This document shows, piece after piece, positions 9,784 through 20,923 of a stretch of DNA of 64,000 nt. Each line of letters starts with the position of its first letter. The stretch's first letter is position 1. The notes below the pieces were generated by a model that saw nothing but the letters and a program-made list of their open reading frames with translations, was not told the DNA's origin and searched no databases. The stretch covers positions 160,001 to 224,000 of the forward strand of contig CAWCPV010000009.1 in assembly GCA_963797555.1 (NCBI GenBank). The letters run 5' to 3'. The position numbers and the translations under genes were made by a program. Source of the stretch: an uncultured Gammaproteobacteria bacterium. GTDB lineage: Bacteria; Pseudomonadota; Gammaproteobacteria; CAWCPV01.

Positions 9784-11550
9784 ATGATGAGCCCAGAGAC
9801 ATCCCTCACCGTTGCGCAACCGAGATCACCGCGGCACCGGGCTCCATTCGAGCCGGGGTCGAGGCGCGAAGAAGCCAGCCGGTACCTCTATATCGCAGTG
9901 CTCGCGCTACCGCTCGTCATTGCCCTGCGCGTGTTGTACGCCTTCACGCACCACGTAAACGGTGACGAGCTGCAGCACTTGCACGTGGTATGGGGGTGGA
10001 CTCAGGGGCTACTCCAGTATCGCGACGTCTTCGACAATCACACCCCCCTGTTCCATCTGCTGATGGCCCCTCTGCTCGCGGCTCTCGGAGAACGGCCAGA
10101 CATTCTAATCCCCATGCGCTTGGTCATGGTCCCGCTGTTCCTGGGCACGCTCGCGAGCACCTACTGGATCGGTCGGACGCTGTTCTCCCGCTCGACCGGG
10201 GTGTGGGCCGCGGTCCTGACCGGGCTGTTTCCCCTGTTCTTCCTCACCACGGTCGAGTTCCGGCCGGACGACTTGTGGATGGCTCTGTGGGTGCTGGCGC
10301 TCGCGATCTTGGTCACGGGGCCTGGAAGCCACCGCAAGGCCTGGGTCGTCGGGCTCGTGCTCGGCGCCGCGGTCAGCGTCTCCATGAAGACAGTCGCATT
10401 GATCGCCGCTCTGGGGCTCGCAGGCGCCTGGACACTGTTTCTGGAGTCTCGGCGCAAGCGGACACCGGTGCGGCGCCTCGGGAGCTACCTCCTCAGCGGC
10501 GCCGCGGGATTTCTGCTGATCCCCGGGGTGCTGGTATCGGTCTTCGCATCCCAGAAAGACCTGGGAGCCATGTACTACGGGGTCATCCAGCACAACCTCG
10601 TCCCGAATCTCGGCCGATGGACCGAGGGGTATCGCGAGCAGGCATTCCTGGTCTTGGCGCTTCCTCTCCTGGGCTGGGGCGCACTATGGCTTCACCGAAC
10701 CACGACCGAGCAGCTTCGGGTGGCGAGGGTGCTCGTCTTTCTCACCGCCGCTCTCTCGGGGGCGGTCATGTACGCCTTCTGGCCTCTGCTGACGCCACAG
10801 GATGTCCTCCCCACCGCGCCGGTGGCGATGATCTTCGTCGCGGCGGCCGCCACTCACTTGGGAGAAGCCTGGGCTGGGCGCCCACGGCCATATGCGGCCG
10901 ACCGTCGGCGGGCGGCTCTCTTAGTACCGCTAGCCCTCGCGACGGTCGAATCGGTGTCGTTGCTGCGGCACGAGCCGCCCCTCCAAAACCGCACCGCCCA
11001 AACCGCGGAGACGCTGCACGAGGTGCTGGAGATCACCCGGCCGGGCGACTTCGTCATGGACCGCAAGGGCGAGACGATCTTTCGCAGGAGGCCTTTTTAC
11101 TTCGCGCTCGAGACCATCACGCGCTTCCGCATGAGCCACGGCCTTATCCGGGACACGATCCCGGAGGATCTGGTCGCGACGCGGACATGCGTGGCAACCC
11201 CCGATGACTGGGTGTTTCCCACGGACGCCCGGCGCTTCCTGCGCGAAAATTACCTGGCTGTGGGCCAACTGCGGGTGGTCGGCAAACTGCTAGCGGCCGA
11301 CAAGAGCAGCAGCGCTATTCCCTTCGATCTAGTCATCCCGGCACGGTACGAGATCGTGGCACCTTCTGGCCCGGAAAGAGGAGGTTGGCTGGACGGCAAG
11401 CCTTACCTCGGTCCGCTCTCCCTAACTCCGGGCCACCACGTGTTTCGACCCCCGCCTGGCACCACGGGCCCGTTAGCCGTGGTCTGGGCCAGGGCCTTCG
11501 ACCGCGGCCTGTCCCCATTCTCGCCCGGCCCGTCGCGGTCGCGCTCATGA
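9784..11550 (+). CDS. ArnT/PMT-like (GT-C fold) membrane glycosyltransferase
   Basis: First loop DE...YRDVFDNHTPL, EFRPD motif, many TM segments, soluble C-terminal domain. Confidence 0.75.
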   Translation: MMSPETSLTVAQPRSPRHRAPFEPGSRREEASRYLYIAVLALPLVIALRVLYAFTHHVNGDELQHLHVVWGWTQGLLQYRDVFDNHTPLFHLLMAPLLAALGERPDILIPMRLVMVPLFLGTLASTYWIGRTLFSRSTGVWAAVLTGLFPLFFLTTVEFRPDDLWMALWVLALAILVTGPGSHRKAWVVGLVLGAAVSVSMKTVALIAALGLAGAWTLFLESRRKRTPVRRLGSYLLSGAAGFLLIPGVLVSVFASQKDLGAMYYGVIQHNLVPNLGRWTEGYREQAFLVLALPLLGWGALWLHRTTTEQLRVARVLVFLTAALSGAVMYAFWPLLTPQDVLPTAPVAMIFVAAAATHLGEAWAGRPRPYAADRRRAALLVPLALATVESVSLLRHEPPLQNRTAQTAETLHEVLEITRPGDFVMDRKGETIFRRRPFYFALETITRFRMSHGLIRDTIPEDLVATRTCVATPDDWVFPTDARRFLRENYLAVGQLRVVGKLLAADKSSSAIPFDLVIPARYEIVAPSGPERGGWLDGKPYLGPLSLTPGHHVFRPPPGTTGPLAVVWARAFDRGLSPFSPGPSRSRS

Positions 11551-13349
11551 ACGCGGCGGGCGATCTCACGGAGTCGGACCGTGTCCTCGTGGTAGCCGTT
11601 CACCCCGATGATGAAACGCTGGGGGCGGGGGGCCTGATACAGCGGGCCCGGGGCGGGGGTGCCGCACTTCGCATCGTCTTCGTCACGGACGGGGACGACA
11701 ATCCGTGGCCGCAGCGCTTCCTGGAAAGGCGCTGGAGGATCGGGCGGGCCGAGCGCGCCCGGTGGGGTCGCCGTCGACGTCAAGAGGCTATCGCGGCCTT
11801 GCGCTGCCTCGGCGTCGAGTCCGGCCAGGCGATCTTCTTGGGATTTCGGGATCAGGGACTGACCCAGGCCCTCCTTCGAGCGGATGGCGGGGTCATCGCT
11901 GCGTTTAGGAAGCACATCGTGGACTGGCATCCAACCGTGCTCGTGGTGCCGTCCAAGCTGGATCTGCACCCTGACCACAGCGCCTGCGCAGTGCTCGTCG
12001 ATCTCGCCCTCGGCCCCCGCCCGGAGTCTACGCCCCCGCCCGTCCGATTCGGCTACCGGGTGCACGGCCATCAACAGAATGGCCCCGATGGGGCCCGGCT
12101 CCAGCTCGCGTTGACGCCGGACGAGGCGAGACGCAAGCGCGCGGCAATCCTCTGCTACACAAGCCAGACGACCCTCAGCCGCAGACGGTTCCTGGCATTC
12201 GCCGGGAGCTGGGAGAAATTCCTCACCGACGAGGAGCCCTCCGATCATCCTGTCCGGCGCGTCTGCCTGTGCGGGGACGACCTTCGGGTTCACATCCGTC
12301 GCACGGGAGGCGGTAACCCTTTCGGCCGGGCCAGCTTGTACGTCGTATCGGAACACTCGGATTCGAGCACCGGCATCGCCAGCGCCGTCCCGAGAATGTC
12401 CTCCGAGAGTCTCGTCCGGGACTGCTCCACCGGGGTCACGGTCGGCAAGGCCAAACGCCGCGGGAGCCCTCTCAATGGAGAGATCCGCCTGCCTGCTGCC
12501 GTGGTCGCGGATGCGACGCGCGCGTTCATCAAGCTGGAGCACCGGTCGGTGTTCTTCGATACAGCGGGCTGGCGTCTCGTTACCCTCCGCCGGCCGAGCT
12601 TCTACGCAAGCCCCGACCGGGGCAGGGTGGTCTGCGTCGTTCCCTGCTACAACGTAGCGACGCTGTGCGGAGGGGTCCTACGGGAGACGGTGGGCTTCGC
12701 GGAGCACGTAGTAGCCGTTGACGATGGCTCCACGGACCAGACCGCAGCCGTCCTGCGACAGGTGCAGGAGGAGTATCCAGGCCGAATGACCGTGCTCGGT
12801 TTGGGCAGCAATCGGGGTAAGGGCTTCGCGTTGCTGGCGGGATTCAAGCACGCCCTGCAGCACCTCTCATTCGATGCGCTAGTGACCCTGGACGGTGACG
12901 GTCAACATCTCCCGTGCGACATCCCCGACCTGTCCCGCCTGGTGGCCGCCGGGGCCGACATAGCCATAGGCGAGCGGTGTTTCAAGCTCATGCCCCTGCG
13001 CAGCCGGCTCGGCAATAGCCTGACCAGTGCCCTCGTCCGTCGCACCTACGCGGGCGCCCCAGTGGACACGCAGTCGGGCCTGAGGGCCTTCAGCCGAAAC
13101 TTCGTCGAGGAGGTCGTGTGCCGCGTCCCGGGGAGCCGGTACGAAATGGAGCTCCACTGTCTGCTCCTCGCCCTGAGCCAGCAACGACCGACAGCCAGGA
13201 TGCCGATCTCGACTATCTACCTCGACCACAACCGCTCTTCCCAATTCCAGGCGATTCGTGATTCCTGGCGCATCTTCAGGGCATTCCTTGCCTGGCTTCG
13301 AGGAGATGTGAAGCGCGCGCGCCCGGCAGCCACCGGGCGAGCCCGTTGA
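11547..13349 (+). CDS. PIG-L-family N-deacetylase fused to a GT2 polyprenyl-phosphate glycosyltransferase
   Basis: VHPDDETLG and DLHPDH (PIG-L); VVPCYN, VDDGSTD, NRGKG, LDGDGQH, DTQSGLRAF (GT2); ATGA overlap with upstream gene. Confidence 0.85.
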   Translation: MNAAGDLTESDRVLVVAVHPDDETLGAGGLIQRARGGGAALRIVFVTDGDDNPWPQRFLERRWRIGRAERARWGRRRRQEAIAALRCLGVESGQAIFLGFRDQGLTQALLRADGGVIAAFRKHIVDWHPTVLVVPSKLDLHPDHSACAVLVDLALGPRPESTPPPVRFGYRVHGHQQNGPDGARLQLALTPDEARRKRAAILCYTSQTTLSRRRFLAFAGSWEKFLTDEEPSDHPVRRVCLCGDDLRVHIRRTGGGNPFGRASLYVVSEHSDSSTGIASAVPRMSSESLVRDCSTGVTVGKAKRRGSPLNGEIRLPAAVVADATRAFIKLEHRSVFFDTAGWRLVTLRRPSFYASPDRGRVVCVVPCYNVATLCGGVLRETVGFAEHVVAVDDGSTDQTAAVLRQVQEEYPGRMTVLGLGSNRGKGFALLAGFKHALQHLSFDALVTLDGDGQHLPCDIPDLSRLVAAGADIAIGERCFKLMPLRSRLGNSLTSALVRRTYAGAPVDTQSGLRAFSRNFVEEVVCRVPGSRYEMELHCLLLALSQQRPTARMPISTIYLDHNRSSQFQAIRDSWRIFRAFLAWLRGDVKRARPAATGRAR

Positions 13350-13847
13350 GCTGAAGCGTACGCGCGCCGAGCGGTCCGTTAAGGACGCAGCCGGCCTGGC
13401 TGCGAAATCAGGACTCTCATGCTCGATCTGTAGGTCGTGGGGTCTGCGCCCGCCTCTAGCTGGACCGACCCACCCTACAGGTGCGTCGTGGGAGCCGGTT
13501 TTCCGGCGGATCAAGGCGCGCTTCCGTCGAAGAGCGCGGTACGGGGAGACCGTTACGCTACGTTGGGTGGGAGCCAGAGGCGGGTGACCGCCTCCGGCGA
13601 CCTGGTGAGTGACTTCCGCGATCCCGTCACCCGGACGCGATGGGACGAGAGCTGAGGGGCTTCATGCGATACGTGGGGAAGAACTGCAGAAGGCCATTGC
13701 GGCCGCGGTGCGCCATTCCAGCCGCGCTGCGGTAGACTGCTGCCATCGACAGCCAGGAGTGCCGCGAAGCCTCCCGGGTGGTTGAGTCGCCGAGGGGACA
13801 GGACGGCGTTCCGGAACGACCCGGCGCGCATATTGGAGGGTGCGGAG

Positions 13848-14231
13848 ATGAAGCCGAAGAAGACGGGTATCGACAGCAGCAGACTGGAACGGGTCGTCGC
13901 GGAGGCCCGCAAGAGCCGAGAGGAGCGCGAGCGCGGCTACCGGGAGCAGGCGCTCAAACTCTACCCTTGGGTATGCGGGCGCTGCCGCCGCGAGTTCACC
14001 CTGGCGAACGTGCAGGAGCTGACAGTCCACCACAGAGATCACGACCACGACAACAACCCGCCGGACGGCAGCAACTGGGAGCTGCTCTGCGTCTACTGCC
14101 ACGATAACGAGCACCAGCGCCACCTGGAGCAGGTGCGCGGCGGCGGTGCCTCGGTAGGCGGAGGACGCCCGGGCCCGGTGACACATCGGCCCTTCGCCAA
14201 CCTCAAGGACCTGCTCAAAGGAGGTCAGTAG
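13848..14231 (+). CDS. yajD: YajD-family HNH nuclease
   Basis: YREQALKLYPWVCGRC...LTVHHRDHDHDNNPPDGSNWELLCVYCHDNEH. Confidence 0.88.
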   Translation: MKPKKTGIDSSRLERVVAEARKSREERERGYREQALKLYPWVCGRCRREFTLANVQELTVHHRDHDHDNNPPDGSNWELLCVYCHDNEHQRHLEQVRGGGASVGGGRPGPVTHRPFANLKDLLKGGQ

Positions 14232-14545
14232 CGGGACGAATAGGCGCCGGGGCGGGCGGCGCAGCGGCCCGGGGTCCTGACTGGGCTATCGGCACGGTCT
14301 ATTCACAAGCTCTCGGGTGTTCTGGTCCGCGTATGTGGTCAAGGGGGGCGCGGAACTCCGGTGTCGGAGCACCTTCCAGCCAGCCGCATCAGCGCTTTCT
14401 CCGGCTCCCTTCCGCATCGGCCTATACCGTGGGCCGGGGCAGTCACGCCGCTTGCTGCCTGCGTGCTTGACGGACAAATCGCTTCAAGATTACCCTTTAA
14501 CATTGTGATAAAAAGAGCTAAAGTCATGCTGAGTGTGAAGGTCTC

Positions 14546-15184
14546 ATGTCCTGGGGGTCGGCTGTGACTGTGCGATACGTGACACGCGTCTGGATCCTGA
14601 TGCCGCTAGTGTTCGCAACTGGCTGCGCCTCGCAGGCCGCATCTACGGTGCATCCCATGCCGCCGCCGACCACAGACATTCGGCTGCGACAGGTTGCGGG
14701 CGTTCCCGATGGGCCACTGGCGCTGGCCGTCTTCAAGCAGAAGAGGCAGCTCGTGGTGCTTCGGCACGGGATACCGGAGCGCACCTTCTACGTCTACCTC
14801 GGCTCGAACCCCAGCGGCCCCAAGATTTGGAAAGGGGATAACCGAACCCCAGAGGGGATCTACCGCGTATGTCAAATCAAGCCCAGCCGCTTTAAGACGT
14901 TCCTGTGGCTCTCCTATCCCAATGAAGCGGACGCCAGAAAGGCGCTGGAAGCGGGCCAGATCACCTTCGGTGAGTATCAGCGCATCGTGCAGGCCCAGGA
15001 GGATGGTCAGTGTCCGCCAGCGGACACGCCGCTGGGTGGTCTGGTAGGGATCCACGGCGACTATGCGGACCCGCCGCGCCGCTACGATTGGACCGAGGGT
15101 TGCATCGCCCTCCCCGGTGACGCTGAGTTGGAGCAACTGGTGAGTCTCGTACACGCTGGCACGCCGGTAGTCATCTTTCCGTAG
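14546..15184 (+). CDS. L,D-transpeptidase (YkuD family), probable lipoprotein
   Basis: GDNRTPEGIY, LSYPN, GIHG...WTEGCIAL catalytic His/Cys. Confidence 0.88.
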   Translation: MSWGSAVTVRYVTRVWILMPLVFATGCASQAASTVHPMPPPTTDIRLRQVAGVPDGPLALAVFKQKRQLVVLRHGIPERTFYVYLGSNPSGPKIWKGDNRTPEGIYRVCQIKPSRFKTFLWLSYPNEADARKALEAGQITFGEYQRIVQAQEDGQCPPADTPLGGLVGIHGDYADPPRRYDWTEGCIALPGDAELEQLVSLVHAGTPVVIFP

Positions 15185-15322
15185 GGGACGGGGTTGGTGC
15201 CGCCGCGCTGAACTCGCCCGCACGAGGCCGCCGCTTCCGGGCCACAGGGGCTCCGAGTCGCGGGACGCTGCTGCCGCTAGAAGAGTCCCAGCGTCATCCA
15301 GGTGTCGCTCCGGGTCCGGTAG

Positions 15323-16273
15323 TCAGCCTGGGCGCTCTAGCCCGCTGTCGCCAGCCGCCATCTTCTCGGCCAGACGCTCTTCCATCAGGCGCGCCGTATG
15401 CACCCCCATGCTCTTCAGCTTCTGGTTGAGGGCCGCAATCTCTACCAGGGTGCTGGCGCTGCGTCCGGGCCTCACGGGGATGGTTACGTGGGGTATCGCC
15501 ACGTCCAATATGCTCATGGTCTCCTCGGTTAACCCGGTGCGGTCGTACTCCGTGCCGTCGTCCCAGTCGACCAGAGTGATGGCCATTGAGACGCGCTTCT
15601 CGTGGCGGATTGCGGTCACGCCAAACAGCCGGCTGACGTCGATGATCCCCAGGCCTCGCGCCTCCATGTGGTAAGGCAGCAGCTCCGAGCCCCGTCCGAT
15701 CAGGACGGAATCGCTGAGACACTGGATGGTGACCACGTCGTCGGCCACCAGGTGGAATCCCCGGCGGATCAGCTCCAGCCCGCACTCGCTCTTGCCCACG
15801 CTGCTCTTGCCCAGGATCAAGACCCCCATGTCGTGCAGATCCATGAGCACGCCGTGCACCGTGGTTTCTGGGGCGAACTCCGACTCCAGGTTTTCCCACA
15901 GCCGTTTGTAAAGCTTGGTGGTGCTGTGCGGGCAGGTGAGGACCGGGATTCCGGCCTCGTTGGCCCGCTCGCGCATGGGCAGCGGAGGCTCGTGCCCGTT
16001 CGTGACGATGGCGCAGGGCACGTCGTTGGCCACGATCCGCGCCAGGTTGTCGCACAGCTCCGCGTCTCGGGCGTTGGTCTCGATGTAGGCAACCTCGCCG
16101 TTGCCGAAGATCTGGATCCGTTCGGAGCGAAACGCCGCGAAATAGCCCGTGAGCTCCAGGGCTGGCCGATTGAGCTCTGCAGTGGTGATGGGACGATCGA
16201 GGCCGGACTCTCCGGCCCCCACGCGGAGGCCCAGCATGGGGTCTTGCAGCAGTTTGCGAACCGTGATCTCCAT
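15323..16273 (-). CDS. hprK: HPr(Ser) kinase/phosphorylase
   Basis: GVLILGKSSVGKSE, LVADD, MEARGLGII, IPVRPGR; N-terminal domain present. Confidence 0.95.
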   Translation of the reverse strand: MEITVRKLLQDPMLGLRVGAGESGLDRPITTAELNRPALELTGYFAAFRSERIQIFGNGEVAYIETNARDAELCDNLARIVANDVPCAIVTNGHEPPLPMRERANEAGIPVLTCPHSTTKLYKRLWENLESEFAPETTVHGVLMDLHDMGVLILGKSSVGKSECGLELIRRGFHLVADDVVTIQCLSDSVLIGRGSELLPYHMEARGLGIIDVSRLFGVTAIRHEKRVSMAITLVDWDDGTEYDRTGLTEETMSILDVAIPHVTIPVRPGRSASTLVEIAALNQKLKSMGVHTARLMEERLAEKMAAGDSGLERPG

Positions 16274-16411
16274 GACGGTGGACCTCAGCGCGAGCGAGAA
16301 TGGCTATGAATATTGTGAAGGAGCGTCAAGGACGCCCGAGCGCCCCGTGCGGGCGGCCAGCAGCGAAGCGCTGCCACCCGGGTGCGTGCCGTCGGAGACG
16401 TCCAGCAGTAC

Positions 16412-17017
16412 TCAACGATGCAGATTCCGCACGTGGCGCCAGACGTAAGCGGCAACCAGTAGGGCGGCGACCACGGCGAGCGCGGTGTCGTATTCGTGGA
16501 AGTAGGGGCCGATGGTTTGCCAGTTCTTCCCCAGCCGCTCGCCCACATAAGCCAGGGCAAAGCACCAGATGATCGAGCCGACGAATGTGTACCCGATGAA
16601 GCGGCCCATATGCATCCGGGCCAGCCCAGCCGGGAAGGCGATGAAGGTGCGTACCACCGGCAGCAGGCGACCGCCGAAGATGATGCCCTCTCCGTAGTGT
16701 GCGAAAGCGCGGTCCGCCAGATCCATGTCGTGTCGCGAAACGAGCAGGTACTTGCCATACCGTTCGACCGCAGGGCGACCGCCGTACATGCCCAGGTAAT
16801 ACGCCGGCACCGAACCGAGGACGCAGCCCAGTGCCCCCGCGACCGAAACGCCCCATAGGGACATCTCTCCGCGGGATACCAGGTACCCCGAGAACGGCAT
16901 GATGATCTCCGAAGGCAGGGGGATGCAGGCGCTCTCGATGGCCATCAGCAGCACGATCCCCGGATAGCCCATAGAGGAGATGACGTGCGTGATCCACTGT
17001 GCGACGGCTTCGATCAT
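16412..17017 (-). CDS. dedA: DedA-family membrane protein
   Basis: IESACIPLPSEIIMPFSG, GRLLPVVRTFIAFPAG. Confidence 0.92.
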   Translation of the reverse strand: MIEAVAQWITHVISSMGYPGIVLLMAIESACIPLPSEIIMPFSGYLVSRGEMSLWGVSVAGALGCVLGSVPAYYLGMYGGRPAVERYGKYLLVSRHDMDLADRAFAHYGEGIIFGGRLLPVVRTFIAFPAGLARMHMGRFIGYTFVGSIIWCFALAYVGERLGKNWQTIGPYFHEYDTALAVVAALLVAAYVWRHVRNLHR

Positions 17018-17020
17018 GTG

Positions 17021-17818
17021 TCACCAGAAGTAAGCGAGGACGATAGCGCCTAAAACGATGCGGTACCAGCCGAAGACGACGAACGTGTGGTCGGAGATAT
17101 AGCGCAACAGCCCCCTCACTGCAGCGAGGGCGCTGACGAAGGCCATGAAGAAGCCCGCTGCGAAGATGCCGAAGTCGGGGGCATGGAGCAAGCCCCAGTT
17201 CTCGTAGAGATCGAAGAAGGTCGCGGCGAACATCACCGGGATCGCCAGGAAGAAGGAAAACTCTGTGGCGGTCTTGCGGGACAAGCCGAACACGAGGCCC
17301 CCCATGATCGTGGCCCCGGCACGCGAGGTGCCGGGGATGAGGGAGAGGCACTGGGCGAGCCCCACCTTCAGGGCCACCTTCCAGCTCATGTCGTCCACGT
17401 GGTGAATGCGGGCGAGACCGATGCTCTTCTCGATAAAAACGATAACAATGCCGCCAACCACGAGCGCCACCGCCACGGTGACGGGACTGAAGAGGTAGGC
17501 CGTGATGGCGTGGTGGAAGAGCAGTCCGATGACGGCGGCTGGCAAGAACGCTACGAACAGGTTCAGGACGAAGCGTCGGGCCGCAGGGTTGGCGAGCAGG
17601 CCGCGTACGACCTCGGTGATCTTTGCCCTATATTCCCAGCAGACCGCCAGTATGGCGCCGAGTTGGATGACGATTTCGAAGACCTTGGCCTTGTCGTCTT
17701 TGAAGTCCAGCAGGTCGCCTACGATGATGAGGTGGCCGGTGCTGGAGATGGGCAGGAATTCGGTGATGCCTTCGACCACTCCGAGCAGCAGTGCCTTCAG
17801 GTAGAGCAACGAGTCCAT
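17021..17818 (-). CDS. uppP: Undecaprenyl-diphosphate phosphatase
   Basis: [38 protein letters not shown]. Confidence 0.96.
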   Translation of the reverse strand: MDSLLYLKALLLGVVEGITEFLPISSTGHLIIVGDLLDFKDDKAKVFEIVIQLGAILAVCWEYRAKITEVVRGLLANPAARRFVLNLFVAFLPAAVIGLLFHHAITAYLFSPVTVAVALVVGGIVIVFIEKSIGLARIHHVDDMSWKVALKVGLAQCLSLIPGTSRAGATIMGGLVFGLSRKTATEFSFFLAIPVMFAATFFDLYENWGLLHAPDFGIFAAGFFMAFVSALAAVRGLLRYISDHTFVVFGWYRIVLGAIVLAYFW

Positions 17819-18071
17819 TGGATCCTTCCTCTAGTTATCTAGTTAATCTGATACGTCAATCGCCTGTGGACCGGAGAGAACTTTACGGCTGCTTCGCCTT
17901 CGAGCCTTCATACAGGGTGCGCTGGGGTGCGTGACAGGCGCCTTTCGATGCGGGCCTTCGGCCGGGCGGATTCGGCATCAAGGGGCTTCTCCCCGCGGCT
18001 CTGGAGGAGGATTGCCGGCTGGCATCGTCGCGAGTCCGCCTGCGCGGCCGTGGTCGGCGCCGTGGTTGGAC

Positions 18072-18924
18072 TCACGGATCTCCAGTGCCCACCAGGGTCA
18101 GGAAATCCTCCGGCGGCACCGTGCCCTCGTAGCGCACCGACGCCGAGCCCCATGCCACGGCGGTCCCGAGCGCGCTCCGCATGTCCCGGCCGGCCGCCAA
18201 CGCGTGCACCAGGCCGGCGGCGAACACGTCTCCCGCTCCGGTACTGTCCGCCGCCCGGACCACAGAGGCTTTCTCTTCCAGGCGTATGCCGTCGCCATAC
18301 GCTGCGGCTCCTTCGGGCCCGCGGGTGACGACGGTCCACTCCAAGAGCGTCGCCTGCGACATGGCGACCGGCTGCATAAGGATCGGCGAGAAACGCCGCG
18401 CCCAAGTCGGAGACGGACCCCACCAGCACCCGGGCGGGGCGCGATCCGCCATCCACCGGCGGTACATGCGCCACCACCAGTCCGGTTCGGACTCGCTGTG
18501 CCAGCAGCGGCGTCAGTGCCGGGTCGGCGCTGCGCACATACCAGCAGTCGGTTGACACGTCCCCCAGATTTGGAGGAAGGGCCACGGCTGCGCGGGCCAG
18601 ATTGATCACGGTGCGCTCGCCGCCAGCTTCCAGCAGGATCAGGGAGCGGGTAGTCTCTCCGGCGTGGCGGCGGACCAGGCTTACGTCCACCCCGAGATCG
18701 GCCAGCATTGCGACCAGCCGCTTTCCGTCGGCGTCCTCTCCCACGGCGCTCACCACCGCGGCCGTGTCACCCGCCCTCGCTAGCGCCATGGCGGTGTTGG
18801 CCGCCCCACCTCCGATGCGTTTACCCACCCAGCGCCCGCTGTTGTGCGACCCCACCCGCAACGCCGTATCGAGACGCACGACCTGGTCCCAAGCTACCGA
18901 ACCGACGACGAGCACTCTGGCCAC
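18072..18924 (-). CDS. PfkB-family carbohydrate kinase, frameshifted near 18340
   Basis: GGGAANTAMALARAG in one frame; VVTRGPEGA and DSTGAGDVFAAG in another. Confidence 0.8.
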
Positions 18925-19069
18925 GTTCAGATCTTCCTGCGTGCCCACCTGTCGGGCCAATGAATCCCCCGCCCCGATTACCTGGCTATGCGGCGTGCCG
19001 CCGCTCTCGCTGCGGCACGGGCTTCGCGGGGGATGCATCTCCGGAATGGGCGCCGGCTGGCCCAAGCGC

Positions 19070-19495
19070 TCACTTCTCGGCAAGCTCGACCACCGTCACA
19101 GCGTCCGGGATCTCCCTCAGGTTTCTCGAGACCGGACACTGTTTCATGCGCCCGACGATATAGCTTACGTCACTGGCGGAGGGCGCGCCGGCCTTCAGGT
19201 GCGCGTCGAAATGCACGTGCCGTTTGCGTATGCTCCAGTCCTCCGCCGCGGCCACCTCGATGGAGCCATGCGCGAAGTCCAGTATCAGACCCCGTTGCGC
19301 GGCATTGGTGCGAAGGTAAAGGTGCTGACAACTGAACAAGCCGTACACAAAGACGACAAAACCGGGGGACCGGAGGTTCAGATCCAAGCTGCGCCATTCA
19401 CCGCCCTCCAGGTTTTCCACTCGGAGATCCGCGGGCGCGTTGTCGGGTCCGTGATACCGACAAAAGAGCCTCATCTGAAAAATGCGCTCGCCCAT
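19070..19495 (-). CDS. OsmC-like protein
   Basis: Two Cys in OsmC-like spacing (LFSCQHLY ... MKQCPVSRNL). Confidence 0.55.
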   Translation of the reverse strand: MGERIFQMRLFCRYHGPDNAPADLRVENLEGGEWRSLDLNLRSPGFVVFVYGLFSCQHLYLRTNAAQRGLILDFAHGSIEVAAAEDWSIRKRHVHFDAHLKAGAPSASDVSYIVGRMKQCPVSRNLREIPDAVTVVELAEK

Positions 19496-19642
19496 GTGAC
19501 CGCCCTCGAAGGGCAACGGAACCACCCTACGCCGCCCGAAAAGCAACCCGAAGGACCCGCTTTGCTGCGAGGGCCGATTATTCTCGAGCCCTCCGATGAC
19601 CCGCGGCTCGGCCGGCCGCACGCGTTTCGCGATCCGCCTCCG

Positions 19643-20923
19643 TCACACGGCTTGCCCAGTGCTCCAGAACCGCTCGAACCGGTAGCCGGACAGGTCTATC
19701 TCGGGGGCCTCGCCGGATATCAGGTCCGCCACCGCCTTGCCGGAGCCTGCTGCCATGGACCACCCCAGATGCCCGTGACCCGTGTTGAGATAGAGGTTCT
19801 CGTAACAGGAGCGGCCCAGTACGGGCACGCCATCCGGGGTCATGGGTCGAAACCCGGTCCAGCGTTCGTCTCCCGAGTCTCCAAGCGCCGGGCGATACTC
19901 CGGATACACGCTCGCGAGCAATGTGAACAGATTCCGCACCCGGCTGTCCGTGATCCTGTCATCGTAGCCTGTAAGCTCGGCGGTGCCGGCCACGCGGAGG
20001 CGATCGCCCAGAGGGGTGATCGCCGCGTGCAGTGCGTCGTCGACCACCGGAATCCAAGGTCCATCCTGCCAGGTCCCGCGCGGCAATGTGATGGAGTAGC
20101 CTTTGACCGGGCGGATGGGCAGTTGGATTCCGATCGGCTTCAGGATCAACGGGCTGTAGCTGCCGGCAGCGACCACAAAGGCGTCGGCCTGAAGGGGTCC
20201 CGCTGTGGTATCGGCGGCCAGCAGGCGATTCCCGCGGCGCTGGAAGCCGCGCACCGTGGTGCGGAAAAGAAACTCGACGCCGCGCTCGATCGACGCCTCG
20301 CTGAGCGCCCGACAAAACTGGTGGGCGTCCCCCGCCTCATCGCCCGGATAGTGGATGCCGCCGACGATGGCTTCGCGTATGGGGGCGAGCGCCGGCTCCA
20401 CCTCGACCACCTCCGCGCGGTCGAGAAGTCGGTACGCCACGCCCTGGTGCGACAGCACTTCGGCGAGCCCGGCGCTTCGACCCAGCGAGTGCCGATCGCG
20501 AAAGACTTTCAGCGTGCCGTGTGCCGACTGGTCGTAACGGAGGTCCGTCTCGCTGCGTAGCGCGTGCAGGACACCGAGCGTGTAGCCGGCAAGACGCGCG
20601 TTGAGGAGCGCGTTCCGAATATAGCGGCCTCGGGCGGAGTTGCGCAGGAACTCCAATCCCCACAGCCCGAGCGACGGTAACGCCTTGAGGCGCAGGAGCA
20701 GAGGCGCATCCTCCTTGCCCAGCCCGAAAAGCGCCTTCCACAACACGCCCGGTGCGTTCCACGGGTCGGCCTGACTCGGTGTCAACATGCCCCCGTTGGC
20801 GAAGCTGGTCTCCATGCCCGGCCCGTCAGCGCGGTCCAGGACCGTCACCGCGTGACCGTGACGCGAGAGGAAATAGGCAGTGGTAGTTCCCAGCAGCCCG
20901 CTGCCAACAACGACGATCTTCAT
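19643..20923 (-). CDS. dadA: D-amino acid dehydrogenase
   Basis: GSGLLG FAD motif, ETSFANGG, PVKGYS, GFRPMTPDG, NTGHGHLGW. Confidence 0.92.
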   Translation of the reverse strand: MKIVVVGSGLLGTTTAYFLSRHGHAVTVLDRADGPGMETSFANGGMLTPSQADPWNAPGVLWKALFGLGKEDAPLLLRLKALPSLGLWGLEFLRNSARGRYIRNALLNARLAGYTLGVLHALRSETDLRYDQSAHGTLKVFRDRHSLGRSAGLAEVLSHQGVAYRLLDRAEVVEVEPALAPIREAIVGGIHYPGDEAGDAHQFCRALSEASIERGVEFLFRTTVRGFQRRGNRLLAADTTAGPLQADAFVVAAGSYSPLILKPIGIQLPIRPVKGYSITLPRGTWQDGPWIPVVDDALHAAITPLGDRLRVAGTAELTGYDDRITDSRVRNLFTLLASVYPEYRPALGDSGDERWTGFRPMTPDGVPVLGRSCYENLYLNTGHGHLGWSMAAGSGKAVADLISGEAPEIDLSGYRFERFWSTGQAV

